In this document: positions 46,249 to 57,700 of the stretch, piece after piece | Layout: each line of letters starts with the position of its first letter | How positions within the stretch are numbered: position 1 is the stretch's first letter | Source: Desulfosarcinaceae bacterium | Lineage (GTDB): Bacteria; Desulfobacterota; Desulfobacteria; Desulfobacterales; Desulfosarcinaceae | DNA: 64,000 nt | Direction: 5' to 3' | NCBI GenBank assembly: GCA_030066015.1 | Contig: JASJCL010000014.1 | Span: 6,674 to 70,673, forward strand | The notes under the pieces: model-generated | What the model was told of the DNA's origin: nothing | The model's input: the letters and a program-made list of their open reading frames with translations, nothing else | Database searches by the model: none | Program-made: the position numbers and the translations under genes

Positions 46249-47436
46249 ATGCGTCCCAAGCGGATTGTCTATCGTCGCGTCCTCATCTTTTTTCTGGTGG
46301 CCATGGCCAGCGTCGGTCTCACCACGGTGGCGTTGACGGCCAAGCCGGCCGCCACGGTCACTGTGCAACCATCCGGTCCCCCATCGGCCGGCATGCCCGT
46401 CACCGTCGCAGCACTGACCCCCCTCTCCCGCAGCGTGCCCATTTACGCCCAGGGTGAGGTCGTCCCCCTGTGGCGCACGACCCTGCGCGCCCCGGTGGAT
46501 GGCGCGGTAGACTATCTCTCCCCCCGTCTGCAGCCGGGCAGCCGTGTGACGGCTGGTGAACGCCTGGTGGGGCTGGCCAAGAACGACTATCTCCTGCAGG
46601 TCGCCGAGGCGAAAAGCCGCCTGGCCGACACGACGCTGGACCTGATTCAGGAGGAGGCCGAGGCGCAGACGGCCCGACGGAATTGGCACCGCTCGGGCTT
46701 GACAGGGACGCCGGACTCGCCCCTCGTGCTGCGCACCCCGCAGTTGGCCGCCGCCCGCGCCCGGCAGACCGCCGCTCAGGCTGCGCTGGCGCATGCCGAG
46801 CGCCTGCTGCGCCTAACCGATATTCGCGCCCCGTACGCAGGCATCATCGTGGAGCGCCTGGTGGCCCCGGGCGCCACGCTCTTTACCGGCGACGAAGTGG
46901 CCACCCTCTACAGCACGGCGGCGGTGGAGGTGGGGGTGGCGCTGGACCACCAGCAATGGGCCCTTCTGCCAGACCCCATCAGCGATGCCCAGGCCACCTT
47001 GAAAGATCCCCACAGCGCGGTCAACTGGAAGGCCCGGGTGGTGCGTCGGGAGCACGTCCGCGACCGCGACGCCCGCCTACGGCGCCTCTTCCTGCGGGTG
47101 GAGCACCCCCTAGACCTGACGCCGCCGCTCTTACCGGGCAGCTTCGTCCTGGTGGAGATTCGGGGCAAGACACTGCCCAATCTCCTCGGTGTTCCCGAAG
47201 CCGCCCTGACCCCCACCGGTGAGGTTTGGTTCGTGGACGGGTCGGACCGTCTGGTCGCCCGTCGACCAGCCCCCCGCTTCCACACAGAAGGCGTGGCCTT
47301 CGTCCCGAAGACCGCCGATCTGCCCCATCCTATCCGGGTGGCGGTCCACCCCAACAGCCGCTTCACCAACGGCCTGAAAGTGCGGCCGAGGCCGGCACCA
47401 GCGAAGCGGCAGTACGCCGAGAAGGTGTCCCAATGA
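46249..47436 (+). CDS. Efflux RND transporter periplasmic adaptor (MFP/HlyD family)
   Basis: Start at ATG 46249 (MRPKRIVYRRVLIFFLVAMA..., GAGGAG RBS). Lipoyl-like, coiled-coil hairpin and beta-barrel blocks (LRAPVDGAV...IRAPYAGIIVERLVAPGATL). Confidence 0.8.
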   Translation: MRPKRIVYRRVLIFFLVAMASVGLTTVALTAKPAATVTVQPSGPPSAGMPVTVAALTPLSRSVPIYAQGEVVPLWRTTLRAPVDGAVDYLSPRLQPGSRVTAGERLVGLAKNDYLLQVAEAKSRLADTTLDLIQEEAEAQTARRNWHRSGLTGTPDSPLVLRTPQLAAARARQTAAQAALAHAERLLRLTDIRAPYAGIIVERLVAPGATLFTGDEVATLYSTAAVEVGVALDHQQWALLPDPISDAQATLKDPHSAVNWKARVVRREHVRDRDARLRRLFLRVEHPLDLTPPLLPGSFVLVEIRGKTLPNLLGVPEAALTPTGEVWFVDGSDRLVARRPAPRFHTEGVAFVPKTADLPHPIRVAVHPNSRFTNGLKVRPRPAPAKRQYAEKVSQ

Positions 47437-50400
47437 TGCACCACCTCTCCGCCTGGTTCACCCGCAACCCGGTTGCGGCCAACCTCCTCATGCTGCTGCT
47501 CCTCCTGGGAGGGGCCGTTACGCTGCAGACGATGCGCATCGAGGCCTTCCCGGCGCTGCCGCAGAACACGGTCTCGATCACCACGCTCTATCCCGGGGCG
47601 ACAGCGCTCCAGGTGGACCGTGGGGTCACCCGTAAGATCGAGAAGGCGCTGGAGGGGATGGCGGGGATCAAAAAGGTCTCCGCCTTCTCCGAGGAGGGGG
47701 CCGCCACCGTCTGGGTAGAAAAGGTCGCCGGCGCGGACATGGACCGCTTTGAAAACCAGGTCAAGACCCGCATCGAAGCCCTGGGCACCCTGCCCCGGCA
47801 GGCCGAGCGCCCCCAGATCGCCCGGGTGGAATTCAAACTCGAGGCCCTCTTGGTGCAGCTCTATGGCGACGTGCAGCAGGCAACCCTCCAGAAAAGCGCC
47901 CGTGAGCTCAGACGCACCCTTCTGGCCCATCCCAAGATCGCCCGGATAGAGGCCTTCGGCCTGCTGCCCTACGAGATCCGTATCGAGGTGGACGACGCCA
48001 AGCTGCGCGCCTACGGACTCTCCATCGACGCCGTTGCCGCCGCCATCGACAACGCATCGTTGCGCTACACCACCGGCAGCATTCGCAGCGATGCCGGCGA
48101 GATCATCCTCCAGGCCGACCAACAAGCCACCAGCCGGCGGGAATTCGCCGAGATCCCCGTGGTCACCCGCCCCGACGGCCACTGTGTGCGCATTGGCGAT
48201 CTGGGCCGTGTCACCGACGGCTTTGCGGAGGAACCGCACTTCGCCCGCTTCCAGCGACGGCCATCGGTGGGGCTGCAACTCTTCACAAGCCCAAAGGGAC
48301 ACCTGCCGACAGTCAGTCGGTCGGCCCACCAAGTGGTCGACGACTTCCGTCGCCGGTTGCCAGCCGGCGTAGAGGTGGCGATCTGGGGCGAATCGAGCCC
48401 CTATATCGAAGCGCGTCTCGCCCTACTGGCCGACAGCGCCTGGCAGGGGCTCCTCATCGTCTTTGCCCTCCTGGCCCTCTTCCTCAACCTCAAGCTGGCC
48501 TTCTGGGTGGCCGCGGGAATCCCCATCTCCCTCTGCGGTGCGTTGATCCTCATGGGAGACCGTTTTTTGGGGCACAGCCTCAACGACCTTACCACCTTCG
48601 GGATGGTCATCGTCCTCGGCATTCTGGTGGACGACGCCATCGTGGTGGGCGAGAGTGTCTTCCAATCCAGGAAAGGCGCAGCGGATCCGATCGCGGGGAC
48701 CATCGACGGGGTCCGGCGGGTCTCCACGGCCACGGTCTTCGGCTGCTTCACCACCGTAGCGGCCTTCGCGCCCCTCCTCCTCATGGAGAGCGATCTGGGG
48801 AAGATCTTCGCCAGTTTCGCCGTGGTAGTGGTCGTCGCGCTCCTGGTATCGCTCCTGGAGAGCAAGCTGATCTTGCCTGCCCACCTGGCCGCGGTGCGGA
48901 TCGAGAGTGTTCCCCCCCCCAGCGGCGGCCGCCTGCCGCTCGGGTGGGCCCACCTGCAGGCGGTCGTTAAAGAGAGCCTACACCGTCTCAACCGGTGCGG
49001 TTATCAGCCCCTTCTCACCGTCGCCCTGCGGCATCGGTACGCCACCCTGGTCCTCTTTCTGGCCATCGCCGCCAGCGTTATCGGGCTGACGGCCAATGGA
49101 TGGATCCGGACCGTCTTCTTCCCCGAGGTGCCCGGGCAGATCATTCAGGTCGAAATGGAGATGGCGGCGGGCAGCCCGCGCCACCTGACCGTGGCCAACG
49201 TCACCGCCATTGAAACCGCCGCGGAAGCGCTCAATCAACGCACCATGACCGAATTGGACGCCGCGGTCCCGCCCATCGCCCACCTCATGAGCGCCATCAC
49301 GAGTCCCACCAGTGCCATTCTCTTCGCGGAACTCCCGCCCCAATCGCAGCGGCCCCTGTCCACCCTGGATACCCTGCGGCGCTGGCGGGCGGCCGTGGGC
49401 GTCCTGGAAGGGGTGGCGCAACTCAGTTTCAGCGGCGTCTTCGAAACCGGTGGCGGCTTTGCCCTCGAGATCGCGGGCGACGATGCAGCGCTGTTGGCGG
49501 CAGCCGTGGAGGACCTGAAAAGCGCCCTGGGACAGGTGGCTGGCATCAGCGATCTGCGGGACGATCTCAGCGAGGGCAGCCCCCGGCTGCGCCTGCGCCT
49601 TCGTCCCCAGGCGCACCACCTGGGGCTGACCCCCGCCGATCTGGCCCGCCAGGTGGGCGATGGGTTCGGCGGGTTGGAGGTCCAGCGGGTACAGCGGGGA
49701 GCGGAGGAGATTAAGGTCCGGCTGACCTTCGGCGCCGATCGGCGCCGCTATCGGGAAGATCTCTGGAACACCCGCATCCGGACTCCCGACGGCAACTGGT
49801 TACCGCTGGGGGCGGTGGCTACCGTGGAGAGCGGCTACGCCCCCTCCGGCCTTGGTCGACAAAACGGCAGACAGGTGGTTCAGGTGCGGGCCGCCCTGGA
49901 GACCTCCCGCATCAGTGCCACCGAGGCCGATGCCCATGTGGCCCGCACCATCGCGCCTGTACTGATGGCGCGCTACCCGGGCATCACCATCCGTGGTGCC
50001 GGGGAACTGGACGAGATGGAGGAGATGCAGCGGGGGCTCAAACGGACCGCTGTGGTCATCCTCGTTCTCATATTTTCCCTCCTGGCGGTTCCCCTCAAAT
50101 CCTATTGGCAGCCCTTGGTGATCATGGCCGTCATCCCCTTCGGCATGGTCGGCGTCGCCCTGGGCCACTGGGCCATGGACCAACCGCTGAGCGTCATCAG
50201 CTTCTTCGGGGCCCTGGCGCTCATGGGCGTGGTGGTCAACGATAGCCTGGTCATGCTGACGCGCTTCAATGACCTGCGCCACACGGGCCTCGACCTGCAG
50301 TCCGCCCTGGTCCAGGCGGGCGGCAGTCGCTTCCGGGCCATCCTGCTCACCACGTTGACCACCGTCTGCGGCCTCCTGCCTCTCCTGGCGGAGGAGAGCG

Positions 50401-50756
50401 AGCAGGCCCAATATCTGATCCCGGCGGCGATCTCGCTGGCCTGGGGAGAACTCTTCGCAACGCCCATCACCCTTGTCATCATTCCAGTACTGATCCACTG
50501 CGGTGAAGATCTGGCTGCCTGCTGGCGGTGGCTGTTCGGGGGCCGGGGCGGGGAAGGCGTCGCTTCACTTGGCGCGGGAAGGGGCCGGCGGGGGGTCGGA
50601 CCAGTCGCGAGCGAGGGGCCGCCGCGCGGCAGCAACCCCGCTGCCGTCCGATCAAGGGAGGGTACCGGCAGGCGGCTACCGGGACAGGCAAAGGGTGATA
50701 AGATCACAGGGGCGGGGTTTCCAGGATCTCCCGCACCTTGGTGGCGAAGTCGTTGA
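47433..50756 (+). CDS. Efflux RND transporter permease (AcrB/AcrD/AcrF family)
   Basis: ATGA start/stop overlap with the adaptor gene. N-terminus MMHHLSAWFTRNPVAANLLMLLLLLGG. 12-TM RND layout. An unusual ~90-aa Gly/Arg-rich C-terminal tail runs into the convergent kinase gene. Confidence 0.85.
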   Translation: MMHHLSAWFTRNPVAANLLMLLLLLGGAVTLQTMRIEAFPALPQNTVSITTLYPGATALQVDRGVTRKIEKALEGMAGIKKVSAFSEEGAATVWVEKVAGADMDRFENQVKTRIEALGTLPRQAERPQIARVEFKLEALLVQLYGDVQQATLQKSARELRRTLLAHPKIARIEAFGLLPYEIRIEVDDAKLRAYGLSIDAVAAAIDNASLRYTTGSIRSDAGEIILQADQQATSRREFAEIPVVTRPDGHCVRIGDLGRVTDGFAEEPHFARFQRRPSVGLQLFTSPKGHLPTVSRSAHQVVDDFRRRLPAGVEVAIWGESSPYIEARLALLADSAWQGLLIVFALLALFLNLKLAFWVAAGIPISLCGALILMGDRFLGHSLNDLTTFGMVIVLGILVDDAIVVGESVFQSRKGAADPIAGTIDGVRRVSTATVFGCFTTVAAFAPLLLMESDLGKIFASFAVVVVVALLVSLLESKLILPAHLAAVRIESVPPPSGGRLPLGWAHLQAVVKESLHRLNRCGYQPLLTVALRHRYATLVLFLAIAASVIGLTANGWIRTVFFPEVPGQIIQVEMEMAAGSPRHLTVANVTAIETAAEALNQRTMTELDAAVPPIAHLMSAITSPTSAILFAELPPQSQRPLSTLDTLRRWRAAVGVLEGVAQLSFSGVFETGGGFALEIAGDDAALLAAAVEDLKSALGQVAGISDLRDDLSEGSPRLRLRLRPQAHHLGLTPADLARQVGDGFGGLEVQRVQRGAEEIKVRLTFGADRRRYREDLWNTRIRTPDGNWLPLGAVATVESGYAPSGLGRQNGRQVVQVRAALETSRISATEADAHVARTIAPVLMARYPGITIRGAGELDEMEEMQRGLKRTAVVILVLIFSLLAVPLKSYWQPLVIMAVIPFGMVGVALGHWAMDQPLSVISFFGALALMGVVVNDSLVMLTRFNDLRHTGLDLQSALVQAGGSRFRAILLTTLTTVCGLLPLLAEESEQAQYLIPAAISLAWGELFATPITLVIIPVLIHCGEDLAACWRWLFGGRGGEGVASLGAGRGRRGVGPVASEGPPRGSNPAAVRSREGTGRRLPGQAKGDKITGAGFPGSPAPWWRSR

Positions 50757-53076
50757 CCGTAAACGGCTTCTGGATGAAATGAACATCTTCCTGGACAATG
50801 CCCCGGTGGACGACGGCATCGGTGGTGTAACCGGACATGAAGAGCGCCTTGATGGCCGGCATCTGCGCTTCGATCGCTTCCTTGAGCGCTTTGCCATTCA
50901 TCTCCGGCATCACCACATCGGTGACGAGCAGATCGATGGGTTCCGGGTGGCGGGCAACCATCTCGAGCGCCTCGGAGGGTCTGCCGGCGGCAAGGACGGC
51001 GTAGCCGTGCCGTTCCAGGACCGTCTTGGTCAATTTCAGAATGGCGGCCTCATCCTCCACCACCAAAACGGTTTCGTTACCGCTGGTGGCGTTATTGGCG
51101 ACAGCTCCGTTCCCTTTCTCGACGGCGGCCGATCTGCGGGGAAGATAGATGTCGAATCGCGTCCCGCTGCCCGGAGCACTCTCCACGCAGATCACGCCAT
51201 GGTTCTGCTTCACGATACCGTAGACCGTGGCCAGCCCCAGACCGGTTCCCTGGCCCACACCCTTGGTGGTGAAAAAGGGTTCGAACAGGTTTTCGCGGGT
51301 ACGGGTGTCCATACCGCTGCCGCTGTCACTGACGGAGAGGTTTACGTAATCGCCCGGGGAGAAATTGGGGTGCGGGGCGCACAGGCGTTCGGTGGCCTGC
51401 ACATTGCGGGTCTCGATGGTGAGTCGCCCGACGCCGTCGATGGCGTCCCGGGCGTTGGCGCAGAGATTGGCCAGAATCTGGTCGAGCTGGATGGGATCGA
51501 TCTTCACCGGCCACAGGGAGGCGCCCGGCTGCCAGGCCAGGTCGATCTCCTCACCGATGAGGCGGCGCAGCATCTTGAGCATTCCGGCGATGGTGTCGTT
51601 CAGGTCCAGAATCTTGGGCGCCGCTGTCTGCCGGCGGGCAAAGGCCAGCAGTTGTTTGGTCAACTCCGATGAGCGCTCGGCCGCGTGGGCGATCTCCTTG
51701 AGGTCCGCATGCACGGGGTGCGCAGCCGTGATGCGGTCCATGGCCAGTTCCGCATGGCCAATGATGACCCCGAGCATGTTGTTGAAATCATGGGCGACGC
51801 CGCCCGCCAGGCGCCCGATGGATTCCATTTTGTGGGCCTGCTGAAGCTGGGCTTCCAGTCGCAGCTGCTCGCTGACGTTGGTCAGGTTCACCACCATACC
51901 GACGGGCTTGCCATGGCTGCCGCGGATGATCGCGGCGCTGATCACCACATCGATGGTATCACCCGCTTTGGTCAGGCGGCGGCTGAGAAATTGAACCGGC
52001 CCACCGCTGCGGTAGATCTTCTTGATTTGGGCCGCCGCCTGTGCCTGCTGGTCCTGGGGGACGAAGGGGATTCGGCGGCCCCGCAGCTCCGCCAGCGTCC
52101 AGCCGAATACGTCGCTGAAGGCTGGGTTGAGAAATTGGGGGTGTCCATCGATGTCGTACACCACCACCGGGTCTGGACTGGCCTCCAGAATCGCCTGCAG
52201 CCGTTTCTCGCTGGTTCTGAGGGCCGCCTCGGTTTCCTTGCGAGCGGTAATATCCAGGGCCGTGAAGGTGACGCCGGCGGTTAGGTCGGTGAGATCCAGG
52301 GGCGTTGAGCTCATCAGCACATCGATGACCAGACCATCCTTGCGTCGAAAGCGCGTCTCAACCGTGCCGGTGCCGCGCAGCGCGATCTGACGGTATTTCT
52401 CCCGACCGACGTACGCATAGTCCTCTTCGGTGGGGTAGAGCATTCTGGCGTTGTTGCCGACCAGCTCCTCCACGCGGTAGCCCGTCATCTCACAGAGGCG
52501 TTCATTGGCTTCCATCAGCACGCGGTTCACTACCAGACCGATTCCCACGGGTGCCGCCCGGAAGATGGTCCGCATCTTGGCCTCGCTCTTGCGCAGTGCG
52601 GCTTCGGTCAGCGCGCGTTCGTTGCGAAGGCGCTTCTCGCTGTCGTGCAGCGCCTGCTCCAGGTCCTTGTGCGCGGTCAAGTCCATGAGGGTCCCCAGCA
52701 CCTGGACGACCTGGTCCCCATCAAGCACGGGCTGCGCAATGGTGCGTATCCAGATCCGTTCGCCGGAGACCTTGGTAAAGGGGAACTCCAAATCATAGGG
52801 GTGGCCGTGACGGGCACAATTCTCGAATGCGGATCGAATCGTTGAACGATCCTTTGCATCGTAGCAGGAGAGACTGCGCTCAATGTGGGCCATCGATCCC
52901 GCTGGAACATCGCCTGGCTGCAGCCCGTGGATGTAATACACCTCGTCGGTCCAGTGCATCTCCTGAGCGGCGACGTCCCACTGCCAGCCCCCCACCTTGG
53001 TGAGGGACTGGGTGGCATTCAATATCGCCAGGTGGCGTTCCAATTCTTGGGAAGCGGTATGCTCCGGATTCTCCAT
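50704..53076 (-). CDS. Hybrid sensor histidine kinase (multiple PAS - HisKA - HATPase - receiver)
   Basis: Several PAS/PAC modules, H-box [12 protein letters not shown]-boxes DSGSGM and [13 protein letters not shown], and a C-terminal receiver VLVVEDE...[14 protein letters not shown]. Confidence 0.9.
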   Translation of the reverse strand: MENPEHTASQELERHLAILNATQSLTKVGGWQWDVAAQEMHWTDEVYYIHGLQPGDVPAGSMAHIERSLSCYDAKDRSTIRSAFENCARHGHPYDLEFPFTKVSGERIWIRTIAQPVLDGDQVVQVLGTLMDLTAHKDLEQALHDSEKRLRNERALTEAALRKSEAKMRTIFRAAPVGIGLVVNRVLMEANERLCEMTGYRVEELVGNNARMLYPTEEDYAYVGREKYRQIALRGTGTVETRFRRKDGLVIDVLMSSTPLDLTDLTAGVTFTALDITARKETEAALRTSEKRLQAILEASPDPVVVYDIDGHPQFLNPAFSDVFGWTLAELRGRRIPFVPQDQQAQAAAQIKKIYRSGGPVQFLSRRLTKAGDTIDVVISAAIIRGSHGKPVGMVVNLTNVSEQLRLEAQLQQAHKMESIGRLAGGVAHDFNNMLGVIIGHAELAMDRITAAHPVHADLKEIAHAAERSSELTKQLLAFARRQTAAPKILDLNDTIAGMLKMLRRLIGEEIDLAWQPGASLWPVKIDPIQLDQILANLCANARDAIDGVGRLTIETRNVQATERLCAPHPNFSPGDYVNLSVSDSGSGMDTRTRENLFEPFFTTKGVGQGTGLGLATVYGIVKQNHGVICVESAPGSGTRFDIYLPRRSAAVEKGNGAVANNATSGNETVLVVEDEAAILKLTKTVLERHGYAVLAAGRPSEALEMVARHPEPIDLLVTDVVMPEMNGKALKEAIEAQMPAIKALFMSGYTTDAVVHRGIVQEDVHFIQKPFTVNDFATKVREILETPPL

Positions 53077-53173
53077 GATACGGCAGCGCTTTCATGGGGC
53101 GGCAGCGATCTGCAGCAGACCATCGCTGGCAAAGACTAAGCGCACCCCGCAGCGGACGCAGCGAAAGGCGTGG

Positions 53174-53192
53174 GGCGACCGGTGCGGTCGCC
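53174..53192. promoter_or_regulatory. Inverted repeat containing the tandem-repeat core, upstream of the hybrid kinase gene
   Basis: GGCGACCG-gtg-CGGTCGCC. It includes TGCGGTCGC, identical to the core of the 45937..46060 repeat. Confidence 0.3.
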
Positions 53193-53643
53193 ACAAATCG
53201 TGCTCAAGGGGTAGGATGGCGGGGTGAAAGTTGGGCTGGTCTTATGGTAGCGCATTCATGCGGTGATAGGCAAGCAGCGCCGCCACGGCGGTGCGGCAGG
53301 GCGCCCGCAGGCTGACGGCCCGGGCGTCGATCCACCCCCGCCCCCTGTTCAGGAGCGCAACGTCGTGGTAAACGTTATAATGTCAGCGCGAGATAGCGAT
53401 GTCAGCACCCGCCCGGAGTCCAGCCCCGTCGACCCTTAGTAAGGCCCTGCGCCGGCCACCGTATATCCGGTGATCCGCCACCACCATCTCGCCCCATCCT
53501 GGTGAACCCGGCACGCCCTGGGCGGGAGGGCCGCGGCAGCCGCCGCTCAGTCGCCAGATGCCGATTCACGCCCTTCCCAGTGGGAGATCGGGTGCTGGCC
53601 GCAGGGAGACCGTAGTGGTTTAGAACGCGAATGGCAGACCGGT

Positions 53644-54192
53644 ATGCACCCTTCCCCAAAAAAGGCCGAGCTCCATTTCCTCCGCATCTCCGGCATCAAG
53701 GTGCCCACCAGGACCTGGGTCATCTCCCACCAGGGTCTGCATCGCCTAATTCAGTGTCATCACCATCGGCTCGCAGATGCCGTAGACATCGCCCGCCAAA
53801 TCCGTCGGGAACTGGGGACGATCTTTCCCGTGATCGAATCGGTTTGCCGGTCTACCTGCCCCTGGTGTCCCGCGCCTTGCTGTATCGTCACCAAGGTCTG
53901 GTACGATTTCATCGATCTGCTCTTCCTGCATCTCAACAGATTGCCATTGCCCCCGGCGCCCCTGGCGGATCGGCTGGCGGCTCCCTGCCGCTATCTCTCC
54001 GCTCGCGGCTGCCGGCTTGACCGCATTGTGCGGCCCTGGGGTTGCCTGCAGTATACCTGCGCTACCCAGCGGCGACATCTCGAAGGCTGCCCGACGCACA
54101 GCATGACGGCGTTGGATCAACGCTTGGCCGCGATCCGGAGTCGACGCCATCAGATGGAGGCGGCCTTTGAGCGTGGCGTGGCATCGCGTTGA
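53644..54192 (+). CDS. YkgJ/UPF0153-like cysteine-cluster protein (tentative)
   Basis: CPWCPAPCC (CxxCxxxCC-like) and APCRYLSARGCRLDRIVRPWGCLQYTC resemble the CxxCxxCC ... C-FL..GC-IY..RP..C pattern of the family. No clear RBS. Confidence 0.45.
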   Translation: MHPSPKKAELHFLRISGIKVPTRTWVISHQGLHRLIQCHHHRLADAVDIARQIRRELGTIFPVIESVCRSTCPWCPAPCCIVTKVWYDFIDLLFLHLNRLPLPPAPLADRLAAPCRYLSARGCRLDRIVRPWGCLQYTCATQRRHLEGCPTHSMTALDQRLAAIRSRRHQMEAAFERGVASR

Positions 54193-54252
54193 ACGCCGGG
54201 AAACAGCCGCCTTCAGCGGCCGGCAGCCGCGTCGCTGGCCGCCAAACACCAA

Positions 54253-54283
54253 TCTAACATCCCCCTAAACCCCGTCTAACAAT
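54253..54283 (+). promoter_or_regulatory. Two direct TCTAACA copies 22 bp apart
   Basis: TCTAACA at 54253-54259 and 54275-54281 (second copy TCTAACAAT), upstream of the zinc-ribbon gene. Confidence 0.3.
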
Positions 54284-54422
54284 GACCGCTTAGTCTCACG
54301 CTGGCGACATGGACCCCTTCCGCCGGACAATGGACCGCACCGCAAATGGCAGCGGTGGCACAATGCACGCGCTCCCAACGAAGCGGTGCGGGCGGCGGCG
54401 GGGCAATGGAAAGGCGGACATC

Positions 54423-54725
54423 ATGGTGCAGACGGACGAGGGGTGTCCGGCGTGTGGATCGACGGCCACCTATCGCTATGGGCGGGCGAGCAACGGCAAG
54501 CGGCGGCGCCTCTGTTTGCTCTGCAATCGTCAGTACATTGTGGACCGCCGGCCGATGGATCTCACCCCGCGACCCGCATGTCCCAAGTGCGGCCAGCCCA
54601 TGCACCGCTATCGGCAACAGGGAGGGATCGTGCGCTATCGGTGCCGCAACTATCCCGCCTGCCGCACCTACGTAAAGGTTGCCCGCAAGACGGCCGGCAG
54701 CAGTCCGACAGGGGGGCCCGCCTGA
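54423..54725 (+). CDS. Double zinc-ribbon protein (IS1 InsA-like N-terminal finger), function unknown
   Basis: CPACGSTATYRYGRASNGKRRRLCLLCNRQY, then CPKCGQPMHRYRQQGGIVRYRCRNYPACRTY. Start set at ATG 54423 (GGAAAGG RBS). The 54309 start is also possible. Confidence 0.5.
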   Translation: MVQTDEGCPACGSTATYRYGRASNGKRRRLCLLCNRQYIVDRRPMDLTPRPACPKCGQPMHRYRQQGGIVRYRCRNYPACRTYVKVARKTAGSSPTGGPA

Positions 54726-54740
54726 TGCCCGTCGGCGGCG

Positions 54741-57700
54741 TCAGAGCAAGAGTCGCCGGAACCAGGCCCCCACATTGGCCATGAACACCTTGGCCTTCAG
54801 GTCCAGGGGGATGGTGTATTCCGAGGCGATCTCCCCGTCGATGTGGAAACGAATCTCCGGCGATGGTGCCGAGATGGCACCATCCGGATAGTGGGCCTCG
54901 ATCGCTGCCTGGAAGGCGCCATCTGAAGGGGTAAATGCCGCTTTGTCCACAAGGAGGCTATGCGCCCTCGTGGTGAAGCGCAGCGGACCGCTGTCGGCCA
55001 GCCCTCGGCAATGAATGTGATAGATGGTCCCCGGCGGTGCGCCGACATCCCACTGAAACACAACGCCGGTCGCATGCGGCAGCGCCAGAAAGCCCGCCGG
55101 TGGCAACGGCGCGAAGCGGCCTTCCCGTTCGGCATCGGCACGCGCGGGCCTGGCGGTATCACCCGCCGATATCACCTGCCCGCGCTGGGCAAAGGCGATC
55201 AAATCACCTTGCACATCTGCCGGCACGAGGTCGCCATCGAAAAAGGCGACCATCAGCCCGAATCGGAGTCGATGGCCATTGAAGGTCGGCGCGGCGCTGT
55301 GGAATTGCGGGGCCGTTTGCAGCACCGCCTCGTACCCCTGGCGGTTGCCCCGGGTCGGCGGCAGGATCTGCCGGCCGGCATAGGTGCCGAAAGGGTTGGC
55401 CCGGATGGCGAAACGATCCGTCGCTGCAACGTGGGTCATCCGAAACGGGCAGAAAGCGAAATTGGCGCTCACCGTCGGATTCAGTGCAACGGCCATCCCC
55501 TGACCAGCAGCCGTCACACCGGCATAGGCCGCCGTGATATGGTTGTTGATACTGGTCACGTGGCGGTTCTCCAACGCGTGACGAAAGTAATCCACCGGGT
55601 AGGCCGCCGCTTCCCCCAGGTAGTTGCGCTTGTGGATGCGAAAGGGGCGCCCCGCATGTGTGCGTGGAGCGAAGCGGAGTTCCAGCGGCGCCACCGCCTC
55701 CCACCCCTTGTCGATCTTGCGGGCCAACATGGGTTTTTGCGCCTGGATCACGGTGTCGCGAACCGTGTCCGGGTAGCGGACGGTTCCGTCGATATATAGA
55801 TACGGGTCCCCGCGCAGCAGCCGCAATCGGTAATTGATCCACCCCGGCCGGCGGGTGCGGCCGGGCGGCCCCTCCCAGGGCCCGCTCAGGCGCACGCTGG
55901 CGATTCCCTGCGCGCCATCGGCCGCCACCGTCACCGTCAACCGCTCTGGTCGGTGGCGCTGGCCGTTATGGGTAAAATAGGGAATCAGGCTGCCCGCCAC
56001 CAACATCGGCGTACCGCCATGGGTCACTTCAGTGACATGCCCGCGGTCATCGAAATGAACGGCGATGGCGCCGTTCGTCAGGAGATGGCGATCCGCCCTG
56101 ATCCGGTCGCTGTCCGGTGATGGTGCGGAAGGGTCGGGGGAGGGCTGGTGGATGAAGTAAACCCCGTCGGGGAGGGATCCGGGCGTCTCAGCCCGCAGGA
56201 TCAGGGCCGTGGAGCGGCCGTCGGGACCTGGCACCCGTCGAATCGTCCGCGCCGGGATGCGGTGTCCGGAGGGATCGACGAGCAGGTATTTAAAATTGTC
56301 CGCTAAATGGGCCGGCAGGACAAGGTCCAGGTGCGATTCGCCGGCCGCTCCCCCGGCCGTTTGCCGGTTGAGATGGACAATGGTTTCCACCAGCGGGCCC
56401 GCCCAGGGCGGCAGCCGAGGCGCCGCCGTTTGCTGGATGAGGGCCTGCGCCCGTGCGGCGGCAAACGCTTCCAATCGGTCGCTGGTCTCGTCCAGGCGTG
56501 CCAGCAGCTCGGCCATGGCCGCTTCCCGCTGGCGGGCCAGGAAGGGGGTCGCCAAACCGAAATTGGTGGTGGAGAGGGCCCGCAGGCGCAGCGCGAAAGC
56601 GGTCTCCAGGTTCGTCTCGAGTTGGCGTGGGGACAACTCGGGAGGGCCCTGACTGGAGAGGTCGCCGGCCATGGCCGCCACCCGGCGGGCTGCCTCGGTC
56701 GCCCGACGATTGCGCAGGATGCGGGTCCAATATTCGGTAGTGCTGGCCTTCTCGGCCCAGGAGTTGAACCCGTGGAAGCTGCCATCGGCGGTATCCTGAG
56801 TGAAGCGCACGGTGCCCGCAGGAGAATGGTGGGCGAGGTAGTCGCCCAGTTTGGTGAAGCGGACATAGGCCAGATCCGCCACGGATGACACCAGTTGGGC
56901 GATACCGCCGGTATTGGGCAGCCAATCGAGGTGCCAGGGCAGATCCGCCCCGGCCCAAAATTCGGCATCGGCGTCGAAGTTGATGAAGAGCAGTACATCC
57001 CGGTCGATCTGCCCCTCTGCCTGCAGCCGGTGTAGCGCTGCGGCCCACTCGCGCAAACTGACGTGCTCCACCAAGTCGCCGGGGTGGTAGGTGGGGATGA
57101 TGGTGATCTCCTCGCCGCTGGCCGGGTTTTGGTAGCGGATGGGATTGTGGGCCTCGGTGGGCGTCAGTTCTCGGGAGAAGACCCGAAAGGCATCAAAGGG
57201 CGTGGCGCTGTAGTAGAGAGAGACATAATCGATGCCCAGCTCACGGTAGCGTTTGAAATTGCCCGGGGTGGTCATCATCTCCTGGGGACGGACCACCGGT
57301 GTCACCTTGCCGAAGAGGTCCCGCACCCCGCTGCCGTTCTCGTTGGAGATCGCCATCTGGACGGACGCCATGAACTCTTCATGGTTCATGGCGGCGGCCA
57401 GACCATTGTTGTAGGACATGAGGATCACTTCGTCCCGATCTTCCCGGACGCGGCGCTGGACGTCCTGCAGGATGTCGGGCGCGTGGGCCGGCAGCAGAGT
57501 CTCCAAGGAGAAGAGGTTGTCGAAATCCCACACAGCGCTCACCGGAATGCCCGCTTGATTGAAACGGTCCAGCTCACTGATGATGTGCCGGATGACGCGG
57601 ATGTCCTGGCCGAAGCCGTTTGCGTCGTTTGTATCCCCGCGGAAGGAGTGATAGAGATTGACATGGAAGCCGAAGGCGATGTGAACCCGGTAGGGGGTCG

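Noticed and set aside
47226-47432. 69-codon upstream extension of the RND permease ORF
   Set aside because: It lies inside the adaptor gene in another frame. The canonical RND N-terminus starts at the ATGA overlap (47433).
53381-53386. Perfect TATAAT hexamer in the 53.1-53.6 kb intergenic region
   Set aside because: No acceptable -35 or extended -10 at 16-18 nt. Not reported as a promoter.
53632-53648. Sigma54-like TGGCAG-N-TATGCA element (and a similar TGGCAG..TTGC at 59223-59238)
   Set aside because: The GG-to-GC distance is 13 nt in both cases, not the 12 nt that is strictly conserved. One also overlaps a start codon.
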